Shown piece by piece: positions 11,770 to 22,918 of a stretch of DNA of 64,000 nucleotides (its first letter is position 1; each line of letters opens with the position of its first letter). This DNA is from a virus. Lineage: Duplodnaviria > Caudoviricetes. The translations under genes and the position numbers were made by a program. The stretch is from the IMG/VR virus record IMGVR_UViG_3300025413_001239; one strand, 5' to 3'. The notes beneath the pieces were generated by a model. The model worked only from the letters and a program-made list of their open reading frames with translations, was not told the origin of the DNA and did no database searches.

Positions 11770-13926
11770 ATGTCATATATAATACCAAGTACTTCACCAT
11801 TTGTTTCAATTAAATTAACCGATGTTGGACGTTCACAACTAGCACAAGGTCAATTAACTTTTTCATCTTGGGCGATTGGTGATTCAGAATTAGATTATAG
11901 TAGAGAAGCATTAGTTAACGCAAACCCAAGTGACCCAATTCTATCATTACCTTCTAAAGTTTTTAGGACTTTTGATTTACAACCAAATATTAAATCTTTT
12001 ATCACAACAGAAGGTGGTTCAAATTTAAATCCTATAACATCGGCAAACTTAAATGTTGTCGTTGCAACTGTTAATAATCAAGCCACAGAAAGAGGATTCT
12101 TTGTAAATAATACGACATACTACTCAACACAAACTGGTTCACCATATACCCTTGATGTTACAACTATACCAAATTCTGGAATAACTGGTGGTACTTCTGT
12201 TATTGTGAATTATGGTTTAAATATTTCAACTGGTAATTTTGTTAGACTTAAATTATCAACTAATATCGGTACAGCACAATATGATTCATTAACAAGAAAT
12301 ACGCACCCAGCTGCAAATCTATGGTATAAGATTCAATCAACTGGTATTACAAATACTGGTAATGTTATTTTAAATTTAGATAGAACTTTACCTAATTTTT
12401 CAATATATAGTGGTAATTCATTTGCTTATTTTTACCCTAATGGTGAAGTTGCTGATACTTTTGGTAGTTCAAATTCAACAGCTTATTGGGATAGTGGTAC
12501 ACTTTCTTTTGATTCAGCAACAAACATTACATGTTCAGATGTTAAAGTTTGGAATATGAATAATGTTTGGACTGAAAATTTAGCTGGTGTAACTGGTCTT
12601 TCAACAACTCAATTATATGAAGACTATACTAGGTTTGGTTCATATACATATACTGGAACTAAAAACCCATATTTAGAGTATTTAACAGTTACTAGTAATT
12701 CAACAACTAATTCGATTAACTGTAATGGTATAGGTAATAGTTATTTAGATACTATCAGTAAATCATTATCAATAATACATTACACAAATAATACGATTTC
12801 TAATTTATACGGTGACTTCTTTTTTATTGACACTATAAATAATAAAGTTGTTAATATTACAATACCAGATTTAATGTACCATAATATTGGATACAGTTCT
12901 GCCTCTGGTAAAACAATGGGAATGTCATTTGTATCTAGTGGTACAACACAAACGATTGGGAATAGCGATATCCAATATATGACATTAATCGAAAACCCAA
13001 CCTATCTTAGCGGTTCATCAGCACCACAAGTTGTTGGTAAAGTTTTCCCACAATTAAAAATGGTTGTAATTGATAATGATGAAATTGTCGCCGCATTATC
13101 CTATAAGTCAAATAGAAACTGGACACTTCCACCATTAGCGGCCACACTTACAGCACCAGTTGGTGCCACAGGCGTATTAGGAATTGGTGAAACAATGTAC
13201 TTAACATATGCACTAGATAATACTTCTGGAAGTGGATATACACCAACATTACCATGTCAATCCTACATAAAGATTACAAATAGTACTACAACATCAAGAG
13301 ACGTACAATTTCATATTTCACAACAAGGTTTATTACCTTATATGAGAAAAATTGAAAATGCTGGATATGATGGTTTAGGTTTTTATGCAACAAACTTTAA
13401 GTTGGTTTATCAAATGATTGATGACCCTAATGCAAGACCTGACCCAGCAATGTGGCAAGTTTACGATTTCACATCAACAGCAATTACTAGTGTTGCAGGT
13501 CAAACAATTGACCCAATATTATTAGAAAATCCAATACCGTTAGCTAATGGTTTTATATTAACCGCAGCAATTAATACGGCATCAACGACTTATGATATAA
13601 CGCAAAGTCTAGGTATGGCACCAAATTCTAATTCAAATATTTTACAATTTGGTGATGAAAGATTCTTCTATGGTAATTTAACAACATATATTGGTTCAAA
13701 TATATATAAAACAATATTTGATATTAGCATAAATTCAGCACAATTTTCTGAAACTACGAATCCTACTAGAAGTAAGCTACCATCAACTAATCCACCACCA
13801 ATTGAAGTTTCTGAAGTTGGTATATATGATAATAACAATAATTTGGTTGTAATTGGTAAATTAAGCGAACCAGTACAATTAACTAAAAACGATACAGTAA
13901 TGTTCGAATTGTCGCTAGATTTCTAA
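11770..13926 (+). CDS. Baseplate/tail-fibre attachment protein (tail-collar-like termini)
   Basis: N-term KLTDVGRSQLAQG, C-term VSEVGIYDNNNNLVVIGKL. Confidence 0.55.
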   Translation: MSYIIPSTSPFVSIKLTDVGRSQLAQGQLTFSSWAIGDSELDYSREALVNANPSDPILSLPSKVFRTFDLQPNIKSFITTEGGSNLNPITSANLNVVVATVNNQATERGFFVNNTTYYSTQTGSPYTLDVTTIPNSGITGGTSVIVNYGLNISTGNFVRLKLSTNIGTAQYDSLTRNTHPAANLWYKIQSTGITNTGNVILNLDRTLPNFSIYSGNSFAYFYPNGEVADTFGSSNSTAYWDSGTLSFDSATNITCSDVKVWNMNNVWTENLAGVTGLSTTQLYEDYTRFGSYTYTGTKNPYLEYLTVTSNSTTNSINCNGIGNSYLDTISKSLSIIHYTNNTISNLYGDFFFIDTINNKVVNITIPDLMYHNIGYSSASGKTMGMSFVSSGTTQTIGNSDIQYMTLIENPTYLSGSSAPQVVGKVFPQLKMVVIDNDEIVAALSYKSNRNWTLPPLAATLTAPVGATGVLGIGETMYLTYALDNTSGSGYTPTLPCQSYIKITNSTTTSRDVQFHISQQGLLPYMRKIENAGYDGLGFYATNFKLVYQMIDDPNARPDPAMWQVYDFTSTAITSVAGQTIDPILLENPIPLANGFILTAAINTASTTYDITQSLGMAPNSNSNILQFGDERFFYGNLTTYIGSNIYKTIFDISINSAQFSETTNPTRSKLPSTNPPPIEVSEVGIYDNNNNLVVIGKLSEPVQLTKNDTVMFELSLDF

Positions 13927-13939
13927 ATAAATTAATAAC

Positions 13940-15133
13940 ATGGGATATAATAATAGTTCAACAAATTTAAGTTTAAACGCAAAATTAACACCGTTAGGTA
14001 GACAAAAAATAATAACTAATGATAATGGTCTTATAACTTATTTTAGTCTTGGTGATTCTGATGCAAACTATAACGCAGCACTACCATTAGTGTCTGGTCA
14101 AGTACCAACATCTGGTGGTAATATAGGTGCAAATTCATCATCAACCAACAGTGTTGGTTTTAACTATATGATAAATAGCATGCTTATAGTTGATTCTACT
14201 GGTGCGACACAAAAAATGGTTGAACCACAATCTTCTGGTGTTACATTAACTTATAATTCAGTTGGTTTTAACACAATTACTTCTAATAATTTAACAACAA
14301 ATATTATTAATAGAAATAATAATAACACCGACCCATTAGTTAATTTATATTATAGCTTTAATTTATCATTAAATTCTACAAGTGATACAACATTAACTGG
14401 CGTAACATCAGCTGATGGTGGTTACTCAGATACAGCATTAAGTGGTTTAGCGGTATCAAATATTTTAGCAATTGGAATTAATAATTCACAATATGGTGAA
14501 ATGCTTGACGGTAAAGCAATTAGACTTACCCTAAATACACCATCCACAGCATTTACTATTTATAGTACTTTTGAAAATATAAATATTCCATTAGCTACTC
14601 AAGATGCTAATTATTCAGACCCATCAAATGATGCCGAATTATTTGGTAATATTGCATTTTTAGTTTCTGATAATATTATGAAACCTAATGGTGGTAATTC
14701 ATCATTAAGTTGGGCAACTGGTTTTAATACGGTAAAACCATTTAGTGTTAATAATAAGAGTCTTTTAAATAGAAGCACAAATACCAATATAAATTTAACT
14801 GCGGATACTATTGTTGGTATTGCTTATTTAGATAAGGGCTTTTTGGTTATTACACACCCAACAATAGTTAATAGTTTTAGTGCTGTAACATCAACAACGG
14901 TTAGTTTTAATAGTGTTTCAACATCTGTTCAGCAAAATATCACATGCATAGCTGGTAGAGGTGAATTTGGTGCTTCAAATAATACAACATTTACTATTGC
15001 GGATACACCTAGAATTACCGAAGTTGGGTTATATGATTTAGAAAATAATCTGATAGCTATAGCAAAAACAGATAGACAATTAGTTAAAAATACCAACGAT
15101 TTCTTTGCGTTATCAATAAATTTAACATTATAA
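13940..15133 (+). CDS. Paralog of the preceding baseplate/tail-collar-like protein
   Basis: Same termini: KLTPLGRQKI..F(S)LGDSD and ITEVGLYDLENNLIAIAK. Confidence 0.55.
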   Translation: MGYNNSSTNLSLNAKLTPLGRQKIITNDNGLITYFSLGDSDANYNAALPLVSGQVPTSGGNIGANSSSTNSVGFNYMINSMLIVDSTGATQKMVEPQSSGVTLTYNSVGFNTITSNNLTTNIINRNNNNTDPLVNLYYSFNLSLNSTSDTTLTGVTSADGGYSDTALSGLAVSNILAIGINNSQYGEMLDGKAIRLTLNTPSTAFTIYSTFENINIPLATQDANYSDPSNDAELFGNIAFLVSDNIMKPNGGNSSLSWATGFNTVKPFSVNNKSLLNRSTNTNINLTADTIVGIAYLDKGFLVITHPTIVNSFSAVTSTTVSFNSVSTSVQQNITCIAGRGEFGASNNTTFTIADTPRITEVGLYDLENNLIAIAKTDRQLVKNTNDFFALSINLTL

Positions 15134-15175
15134 ACTTTATTTTTTTAAATAAGGTTTTATATTGACTTAAAAATT

Positions 15176-15829
15176 ATGCAAGAAAATATAAATGAAAACA
15201 ATCTAATTCTTGGTTTAGATGTTTCAACTAAAACAATTGGTATAGCTCTTTTTGAAGATAAAGACGGTAAAGGTGATTTAAAATTATTACATCATGTAAC
15301 CCCAAAAGTGAAACTTGAAAAAGATTCAAAAATGGAAGAGTTATTTGAGAAAGCAAGAATTTTTGAAAAAGAATTCTTAAATGATTATGCCGATATGGGT
15401 ATAACTAGGGTTATTATTGAAGAACCTCTACTTCAGTCAAATAATGTTTACACAGTAGCAACACTTCTTAGATTTAATGGTATGATAGCTAGGTCGGTTT
15501 ATGAAACCCTTAATATTGTACCAGATTTTATTTCATCAAATGATGCAAGAAGATATGCTTTCCCACAACTATTAGCTGTTAGAACAACCAAAAAAGATGG
15601 AACAAAAAAATTAGATAAAGAAATTTCTAAGGGTACACCAGTATTATTTGGTGGTCATGATTTTGATGCTGATAAAAAGATGATTATTTGGGAACTAGTA
15701 TCCGACCTTGAACCACAAATTGGTTGGCTTTACGACAAGAAAAACAAATTAAAAAAAGAAAACTTTGATATGGCTGATGCTTTTTGTTCAGTACTTGGTT
15801 ACATGAAAAGAGAAGGACTGTGGAAATAA
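15176..15829 (+). CDS. ruvC: RuvC-like Holliday junction resolvase
   Basis: ILGLDVSTKTIG, IIEEP, DMADA acidic catalytic motifs. Confidence 0.75.
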   Translation: MQENINENNLILGLDVSTKTIGIALFEDKDGKGDLKLLHHVTPKVKLEKDSKMEELFEKARIFEKEFLNDYADMGITRVIIEEPLLQSNNVYTVATLLRFNGMIARSVYETLNIVPDFISSNDARRYAFPQLLAVRTTKKDGTKKLDKEISKGTPVLFGGHDFDADKKMIIWELVSDLEPQIGWLYDKKNKLKKENFDMADAFCSVLGYMKREGLWK

Positions 15830-15880
15830 AAATACGCAAGTAAAAGAATCTTTTCTCACATTTTCGTATATTTATAATAT

Positions 15881-16669
15881 ATGGAAAATAAATTTTTAAG
15901 AATTTTAAGTAAAGAACCAATTTGTTGCGTGTATTCAGTAACTAATAAAATAAATGGTAAGATTTATATTGGCCAATCAATTGATGTTGAACGCAGATGG
16001 TCTCAACATAAATATGGTAAAGGTAATTTAATATTAAAAAATGCTATAAAAAAATATGGTATTGATAATTTTGAATTTACAATTTTAGAGAAAGTTGATA
16101 TTGATAATAAAAGTAAAAATGATATTATTGAACTATTAACAATCATAGAACAAAAATGGTTTGATTTAAAAAAACCTTACTTAAAGGAAAATGGTTATAA
16201 TATTCAAAAGACATCCAAACCAAATTTAACACCTAATAAAGATTATAATTTTGGTCAAAAAATAAGTAAAATTAAAATCGACAATAACCATACTGGTAAA
16301 CCTTTAAATCAATATAATTTAAACGGTGATTTAATAAAAGAATGGAAATCAGCGGCTGAAATTGAAAGAGTCTTGGGGTTTAATGCTGAAAATATATCAG
16401 CATGTTGTTTAGGTAAAAGTAAAACATCAAATGGCTTTATTTGGAAATTTGTTGGTATTAAATTAACTGAACTTGAAATAATTAATTCAAAAGTTAAAAT
16501 AAGAAAAAAGAAAAAAGTTGCAAAATATTCATTAACTGGTGAATTAATTGAAGTATTCGATTCATTAATAGATGCAGCTAAAAATGTTGGTTGTCCACAA
16601 TATCAAATTTCAAAAGTTTGTACTGGTGTACAAAAAACATGTAGAAATTATAAATGGGTTTTTATATAA
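15881..16669 (+). CDS. Free-standing GIY-YIG homing endonuclease with NUMOD1 repeats
   Basis: CVYSVTNKINGKIYIGQS; two QYNLNG..I/F-x-S-A-x-E-A-type domains. Confidence 0.85.
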   Translation: MENKFLRILSKEPICCVYSVTNKINGKIYIGQSIDVERRWSQHKYGKGNLILKNAIKKYGIDNFEFTILEKVDIDNKSKNDIIELLTIIEQKWFDLKKPYLKENGYNIQKTSKPNLTPNKDYNFGQKISKIKIDNNHTGKPLNQYNLNGDLIKEWKSAAEIERVLGFNAENISACCLGKSKTSNGFIWKFVGIKLTELEIINSKVKIRKKKKVAKYSLTGELIEVFDSLIDAAKNVGCPQYQISKVCTGVQKTCRNYKWVFI

Positions 16670-16679
16670 TAAATCGGTT

Positions 16680-16739
16680 ATGGCTGATGCACTAACGTGT
16701 GTTGTTGGATATATGCGTAAAAATAATTTTTGGAAATAA
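16680..16739 (+). pseudogene. Orphan second copy of the ruvC 3' end
   Basis: MADALTCVVGYMRKNNFWK* versus ruvC end MADAFCSVLGYMKREGLWK* (15770-15829): same 60-nt length, 10/19 identical. Confidence 0.85.
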
Positions 16740-16775
16740 TTTGTTTTTATTTATTATTTCCCGTAACTTTGCCTT

Positions 16776-17744
16776 GTGGCATACTTAATAGATATATTTG
16801 AATCATTTTTAGGTGAATACAGAAAGTATAACGAAGATTCTCAGCAGGCATCTTTCGATTGTCCCTCATGTTCAATCGATAAAGGTATGCCAGATGGTGA
16901 TGGTAAAGGCAACCTAGAATTAAATTACCAAAAAAACGTATTTAAATGCTGGGTATGTAAGGACACTCACTATATGAGTGGTTCCATCATAAAATTAATT
17001 AAAAAATACGGTTCTGAAAAAAATCTAAGAGATTATAAACTCTTTAGACCAGATGCTTTTATAACTAATGAAGATAAAGAACACATTAGTATAACCCTAC
17101 CCGAAGGATATAAAAAATTATCCGAATGCAATTCAAAAGACTTTAAGTCAACATTAGCCCTAAATTACTTAAAAGAACGTAATATAACCGATGATATTAT
17201 CAAAAAATTTGATATAGGTTATACTTATAGGGGTAAATTTTTTAATAGAATCATAATACCATCATATGATGAGGATGGTGTATTAAATTACTTTATAGCT
17301 AGATGGTTTGATAAACAATACGGTGCTATGAAGTATTTAAACCCAACCGTTGAAAAACAATCAATTATCTTTAATGAACAAAAGATAAATTGGGATGCGA
17401 ATATCTACTTAGTAGAAGGTGTTACCGACCATATTGTGGTACCAAATTCAATTCCAATGTTAGGGAAATTTATATCCCCAAATTTACATTATAAATTATA
17501 CGAAAAAGCCAAAGCAAATATTATTATTCTATTGGATGGTGATGCTGTTGATGATGCGATTAATTTGTATAAAAAACTTGATTTTGGTGATTTAACTGGT
17601 AGGATAAGAATTTGTTTCCCACCAGAAGATTATGACCCAAGTCTTATTAATGAAAAATTTGGTAAACGTGGAATAATTAAACTTTTAAGCTATTCTGATA
17701 AGCTTGAAAAAGCTATCCAACTTGAAATACTTGGAAGTAAGTAA
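16776..17744 (+). CDS. DNA primase (Zn finger + TOPRIM)
   Basis: CPSC...CWVC zinc finger, LVEGVTD, LLDGDA; GTG start. Confidence 0.85.
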   Translation: MAYLIDIFESFLGEYRKYNEDSQQASFDCPSCSIDKGMPDGDGKGNLELNYQKNVFKCWVCKDTHYMSGSIIKLIKKYGSEKNLRDYKLFRPDAFITNEDKEHISITLPEGYKKLSECNSKDFKSTLALNYLKERNITDDIIKKFDIGYTYRGKFFNRIIIPSYDEDGVLNYFIARWFDKQYGAMKYLNPTVEKQSIIFNEQKINWDANIYLVEGVTDHIVVPNSIPMLGKFISPNLHYKLYEKAKANIIILLDGDAVDDAINLYKKLDFGDLTGRIRICFPPEDYDPSLINEKFGKRGIIKLLSYSDKLEKAIQLEILGSK

Positions 17745-17753
17745 AAAATTTCG

Positions 17754-17761
17754 TATATTTG
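17754..17761 (+). promoter_or_regulatory. Bacteroidota-type TAnnTTTG -7 promoter (representative site)
   Basis: Also at 16764, 22379, 22963, 33204, 33709, 38227, 39277, 41790, 42502, 43218, 43297, 47980, 49263, 51643, 59992, 62429, all just upstream of starts. Confidence 0.8.
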
Positions 17762-17777
17762 CAATAAATTTAAATAA

Positions 17778-18560
17778 ATGAGTAATGCAAAAGTTTGGGA
17801 TTCGATAATTTATCTTGAACCCATTCAACACAAATACCACCATAGAGTAACTGGTAAAATTTATAAATCAGTTACCACAACCCTTTCGTCAATAGAACCA
17901 CACTTTGATGCTGAGGCTGTATCGTTAGCTATAACTAAACAATTAGATACCGTTAAGCAAGAAAGATACATCGGTATGAGCCAACAACAAATTCTTGATT
18001 ATTGGCAAATGCTTAATGATGAAGCTAATGAGTATGGAACAAAGGTCCATAACATTATGGAAAATTACTTATTAGCCAATAAATGGTATTTTCCAAAGGA
18101 TGATGAAGAAGGTAGATTTGAACAAAGAGTTATTGATTCATTTAATGAGTTAAAAATCGATGAAGGTCAAACTATGTGGCCAGAAAGAATCCTCTTCAGT
18201 GAACAATATGAATTGGCTGGTATGAGTGATTTAATTGTTGATATTGATGATGTTTTTTTTGATATTGGTGATTATAAAACAAATAGGGTTTTTAATTTTT
18301 ATAACCCATACGGTTACGAAACCCTACACCCACCTTTCCAATATATGCAAAACTGTCAATGGAGCATTTATACACTTCAATTATCTGTTTATGCTAGAAT
18401 GTATGAATTAGAATTCCCTAAACGTAAGTGTAGGCAAATCTATGTTATGTATTGGGATAAGGAAAAAATGACGTTCCAAAAAATACAAATAATGTATATG
18501 AGATTAGAAGCACAGAAGCTAATCGAAATGCACCACTATAACTTAATGAAATCGATTTAA
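17778..18560 (+). CDS. PD-(D/E)XK exonuclease
   Basis: GTKVH, AGMSDL, IGDYKT, YTLQLSVYA motifs. Confidence 0.8.
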   Translation: MSNAKVWDSIIYLEPIQHKYHHRVTGKIYKSVTTTLSSIEPHFDAEAVSLAITKQLDTVKQERYIGMSQQQILDYWQMLNDEANEYGTKVHNIMENYLLANKWYFPKDDEEGRFEQRVIDSFNELKIDEGQTMWPERILFSEQYELAGMSDLIVDIDDVFFDIGDYKTNRVFNFYNPYGYETLHPPFQYMQNCQWSIYTLQLSVYARMYELEFPKRKCRQIYVMYWDKEKMTFQKIQIMYMRLEAQKLIEMHHYNLMKSI

Positions 18561-18563
18561 ACT

Positions 18564-18821
18564 ATGATAAAAAACAATAACCCTATTCTTGGTGAGGTTA
18601 AAGAAGAAAAAATAATTGATAATAGAGGTGTTAGATATGACCCTTTTAATTTAAATGAAAATACACCAATGTTTAACCCAATTTCATTAAAATTAGTTAA
18701 TGAATGGAAGGATGGTTTTTATTTACATGATGATTTGATACATGGTTTAGAAAAACAAACATTAATGCGTGTTGTAAATAATGAAATAGTTGAATTTTAT
18801 AAATTAGAGAAAGTAAAATGA
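18564..18821 (+). CDS. Hypothetical protein
   Basis: 85-aa ORF coupled to sbcD. Confidence 0.6.
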   Translation: MIKNNNPILGEVKEEKIIDNRGVRYDPFNLNENTPMFNPISLKLVNEWKDGFYLHDDLIHGLEKQTLMRVVNNEIVEFYKLEKVK

Positions 18822-19636
18822 GTAAAATTAAAGTTATTATACATGTGGCTGATATTCACATTAGGACATATAGGTTCCATGATGAATATAAGACCGTTTT
18901 TAAGAGGTTTATTGACCAAGTAAAGGATTTGGTCAAGGATTACACTAGAGACGAAATTAGGGTGGTTATTGCAGGTGATTTGGTGCATCAGAAGATTGTT
19001 ATATCCAACGAACAACTTATACTTGGTACTTGGTTTATAAGACAACTAGAAATGATTGCACCAGTTGTAATTATTGCTGGTAATCACGATTTGCTTGAGA
19101 ATAATAAGGATAGGGTTGATAGTCTTACACCCATGGTACAGTTCTTACCAGATTCAGAAGTTAATTACTTTAAGGAAAGTAAATGTTACTTAGACAATAA
19201 TATTGTTTGGTGTATTTATAGTATATTTGATGGTAATGCTAGACCAGACATAGAATCTGCTAAGGAACAATTTGGTAATGACAAGACTTATGTTGGCTTA
19301 TTCCATGCACCGCTTTTAAATGCTAAAACAGACATCGGATATGAAATTGACCATGGTGCATCGTTAGAGATATTTGGGGGTTGTGATATGGCTCTTTTGG
19401 GTGATATTCATAAGAGGCAATCATTTAATCATAATGGTATTCAAATTGCTTATCCAAGTTCATTAATTCAACAGAATTTTGGTGAGAATGTATCAAAGCA
19501 TGGATTCCTTTTATGGGATGTTGAAAGTAAGCGGTTTACTGAGCATGATGTTGACAATGAAAATTCATTTTATAACTTTAAAATCAAATCCTTAGATGAT
19601 TTGGATAATAATGCTGAAATAATAACCAATTTATAA
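18818..19636 (+). CDS. sbcD: SbcD/Mre11-like metallophosphoesterase nuclease
   Basis: ADIH, GDLVH, GNHD, GDIH motifs; adjacent to SbcC. Confidence 0.85.
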   Translation: MSKIKVIIHVADIHIRTYRFHDEYKTVFKRFIDQVKDLVKDYTRDEIRVVIAGDLVHQKIVISNEQLILGTWFIRQLEMIAPVVIIAGNHDLLENNKDRVDSLTPMVQFLPDSEVNYFKESKCYLDNNIVWCIYSIFDGNARPDIESAKEQFGNDKTYVGLFHAPLLNAKTDIGYEIDHGASLEIFGGCDMALLGDIHKRQSFNHNGIQIAYPSSLIQQNFGENVSKHGFLLWDVESKRFTEHDVDNENSFYNFKIKSLDDLDNNAEIITNL

Positions 19637-19638
19637 AA

Positions 19639-20010
19639 ATGGAAATACCTAAGGAACTTAGAAATGAGATATACATGTACTGTAATACAAATAAGATTAC
19701 AGACTATGATGCTTTTATACTAAAGTGTATAAAACAAGGTTTCACGGTTGAAAAATATGGTGCTGCACCAGCCTTTAAAGAAAAAATAGTTGAGAAGATT
19801 GTTGAAGTAGAAGTTGAAAAAGTTGTTGAAAGGGTTGTTGAAGTACCTATTAATGTTATAGACTCAGAATTGGGTGAAAAGTATAAACAATTACTTGATG
19901 AATTTGAAAAGTTTCGTGAAGAAAGTGTTAAGTTATCAAATGAAAATGAATCACTAAAAGTTCAATTAACAGAAAAAAATAAGAAAAAAGCAGACATTTA
20001 TGGAGAATAA
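19639..20010 (+). CDS. Hypothetical coiled-coil protein
   Basis: EKIVE/EKVVE/ERVVE repeats. Confidence 0.6.
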   Translation: MEIPKELRNEIYMYCNTNKITDYDAFILKCIKQGFTVEKYGAAPAFKEKIVEKIVEVEVEKVVERVVEVPINVIDSELGEKYKQLLDEFEKFREESVKLSNENESLKVQLTEKNKKKADIYGE

Positions 20011-22354
20011 GATAAGTATATCACCGTATTCAAAAATTAAGGTTCAATGGTCTGATAGACCTGAAAACTATAGTAAAGAAGGTAAAAATAAAATAAAAAA
20101 TCACTTTGCTAAGAAGTATGGGTTAAATAAAAATAATATTGATGTTATTTATAATCCTGTTAAGTTTAATGAATCTGGTGATGCAATTGAAATAACTGGT
20201 GCAAACATTGAGAATATCATGGACACAACTTATCAACGTGAGTTGATGAAAGAGTGGCTTAAACGTGAAAATAAAACTATTGATTTTAATAGGATATTGA
20301 ATCTTGATGATAAAGTTAATGGTGAGTTAAACCTTGATGATACCAGCACTCGACATAACACTTGGTCCATCAAGTGGCTTATGATTAACAACTTCTTATC
20401 TTTTGGTGAAGAAAATTATGTTCCCTTTAACAAGTTAAGGGGTTTAACGGTTGTTAATTCAATCCCATCAAATACTGGTGGAAAAACTTCATTAACTATT
20501 GATTCATTAAAGTTCTTACTACACGGTAACACAACCAAAACAGATAAGAATGAAGAAATCTTTAATACCTATTCTGATAAGAATGACCTTGTTGTTAGGG
20601 GTATGATAGAAATTGGTGGTGAAGAAATCATTATCGAAAGAAAAATGAAAAGAACCGCTAAAAAAGGTGGTGGGTGGACCGTAACCAATAGGGTTAATTA
20701 CTATGAGTTGTTACCAGATGGTGAGGAAAAGGCTCTTAATGAAGAGGATGCAACTAGAACAACAGCAAAATTAAGAGCTACTATTGGTAGTGAAAAGGAT
20801 TTTGAAATGCTTGTATTAGCAACTGAGAAAAATTTGGATGACCTTATTGGCTTAACAACAACTGAAAGTGGTAAAGTACTTACTAGACTTATCGGTCTTG
20901 AGGTTATTGAAATGAAAGAAGCTGTTGTTAGGAAGATGTATAATGAATTTGATAAAAAGAAAAAATCAAATGAACATGATGTTATTACATTAAATGATGA
21001 TATTAACGAACACCTTCAAAAAATTGAAATTTGTGAGGGTATTAAAGAAACATTAACCAATAGACATCAAGAAACGCTAGATAAGATTGAAAGCTTACGA
21101 ACTGAAAATGATAGACTTTTAAATAGTAAGATTACTGTTGATGTTGTCATAAGCGCATTAAACCCATCAAAACTTCAAAATGAGGTTGACCAAATAACTG
21201 AGTCTGGTAAAACTATTAAATCTAAAGCGGATGATTTAAAAAATAGAATTAATGAGATTGGTAATCCAGACTTTGATGAAGATTATTATCATAAGTTAAC
21301 ACTTGAAAGAAATAAGGTACTTATTGACTTAGGTTTAAAAAAAGGTGAAATTACTAGGTTAGAGAATAATATTAAGAATCTAATTGATGGTGGTATTTGT
21401 AAGTCATGTAATCGTAAACTTGATGATGTTGACAACACAGAACACATAGAAGCACATAAGAAATCAATTGAAGATTTAACGATTGTTGTCAATGAGTTAT
21501 TATCTAAAGAAACGGTTGTTAAGGATGAGTTATCTGGGATGGTTGAAGTTAAGACTTTAGTTGATACTAAAATTAAACTTGAACTTGAAAAAGATAGGGC
21601 TGAAGTTGAGGTTGGTTCATTGAGAAATAAGGTTGTTGATAAGATGAATGACCTTAAAAAGTATAAGCTTAATGAACAAGCTATTGAATTTAATAGGAGT
21701 GTTGATGCTGAGGTATCAATGGTTAAAACCAACATTCAAGTTGAAGAAAAAACAAGAGATGATATTTTCTCTAAATTAGAGAAAATTAAGCAAGACATTA
21801 ATCTTAACATCCAATCAATCGATGCTAAAAACAAATTAATAGAACAAATTAAGAAAGAAGAAGAAATTGATAAAATATTTAAGGTTTATATTGAACTATT
21901 TGGTAAAAAAGGCATTAGCAAGTTAGTACTTAGGTCAGTGTTACCAATTATAAATTCTGAGGTTGCAAGGCTTCTTGAGGATGTTTGTGAATTTGAGGTT
22001 GAAATATTTATTGATGATAAGAACGATGTACAATTCTTATTAATTAAAGATGGTGTGTCCAAATTGCTTAAATCTGGTAGTGGGTTTGAAAAGACAGCAG
22101 CTAGTTTAGCGTTAAGAGGTGTTTTAGGTAAGATATCAACATTACCAATGCCTAATTTTATAACGTTTGATGAGATTTTAGGTAAAGTTGCTAATGAAAA
22201 CATTGACAAGTTAAAGCCACTATTTGACAAGATATCAAATATGTATGAGATAGTATTTTTAATTACACATAACGATATAATTAAGGATTGGGCCACTAAA
22301 ATTCTAACAGTTATTAAAGAAGGCAACATATCAAAGGTTAATTTATTAAAGTAA
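20000..22354 (+). CDS. sbcC: SbcC/Rad50-like SMC ATPase
   Basis: Walker A-like NTGGKTS, CKSC zinc hook, SGSGFEK signature, FDE Walker B, ITH. Confidence 0.9.
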   Translation: MENKISISPYSKIKVQWSDRPENYSKEGKNKIKNHFAKKYGLNKNNIDVIYNPVKFNESGDAIEITGANIENIMDTTYQRELMKEWLKRENKTIDFNRILNLDDKVNGELNLDDTSTRHNTWSIKWLMINNFLSFGEENYVPFNKLRGLTVVNSIPSNTGGKTSLTIDSLKFLLHGNTTKTDKNEEIFNTYSDKNDLVVRGMIEIGGEEIIIERKMKRTAKKGGGWTVTNRVNYYELLPDGEEKALNEEDATRTTAKLRATIGSEKDFEMLVLATEKNLDDLIGLTTTESGKVLTRLIGLEVIEMKEAVVRKMYNEFDKKKKSNEHDVITLNDDINEHLQKIEICEGIKETLTNRHQETLDKIESLRTENDRLLNSKITVDVVISALNPSKLQNEVDQITESGKTIKSKADDLKNRINEIGNPDFDEDYYHKLTLERNKVLIDLGLKKGEITRLENNIKNLIDGGICKSCNRKLDDVDNTEHIEAHKKSIEDLTIVVNELLSKETVVKDELSGMVEVKTLVDTKIKLELEKDRAEVEVGSLRNKVVDKMNDLKKYKLNEQAIEFNRSVDAEVSMVKTNIQVEEKTRDDIFSKLEKIKQDINLNIQSIDAKNKLIEQIKKEEEIDKIFKVYIELFGKKGISKLVLRSVLPIINSEVARLLEDVCEFEVEIFIDDKNDVQFLLIKDGVSKLLKSGSGFEKTAASLALRGVLGKISTLPMPNFITFDEILGKVANENIDKLKPLFDKISNMYEIVFLITHNDIIKDWATKILTVIKEGNISKVNLLK

Positions 22355-22405
22355 ATTTTTTTATTTGATAAAAACATCTATATTTGCATCTTAAAATTTG
22401 ATAAA

Positions 22406-22918
22406 ATGAAATTTAGAGATTACTGTTTAGTGCTTATGGGTAAGAATGATAATTTTTTACCAGAAATTATTAAGGTTTCCGAATCTAAACCAAACGTTTT
22501 AGATGCTACTGGGATTGTTATAGCAACCTTTACATCAGCGATGGAAGTTGAAGAACTTACAGATTATTTTAAAACAAACGATAGGAATTTTTTATTGTTT
22601 GATTTAGATAAAAACCATTCTGGTTTTCACATTACGAAGGATAAAGTACATCAAGGCTTATTTGGTTTTTTAGGTGGTGATAGAGAACAGTATCTAAAGG
22701 AAAAAAGTGAAGAATTGCTTCATGAATTAGAAGTTAATGGTGATGGTGTTACTACATATACAAACGAAAATGATATAAAATTAAAACTGCCAATTGATAA
22801 TATTGATGACTTGACACCCAAAGAAAAAGATGAATGGATTAATATCATAATAGATAAAGGTGTTGATAAACTCTCCGATTACGATAAGAAATTACTGGAT
22901 AAATTATCGAATGATTAG
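22406..22918 (+). CDS. Hypothetical protein
   Basis: 170-aa ORF after TATATTTG promoter. Confidence 0.65.
   Translation: MKFRDYCLVLMGKNDNFLPEIIKVSESKPNVLDATGIVIATFTSAMEVEELTDYFKTNDRNFLLFDLDKNHSGFHITKDKVHQGLFGFLGGDREQYLKEKSEELLHELEVNGDGVTTYTNENDIKLKLPIDNIDDLTPKEKDEWINIIIDKGVDKLSDYDKKLLDKLSND

Noticed and set aside
17778-18560. Cas4
   Set aside because: PD-(D/E)XK fold, but the four-Cys Fe-S cluster motif is absent.
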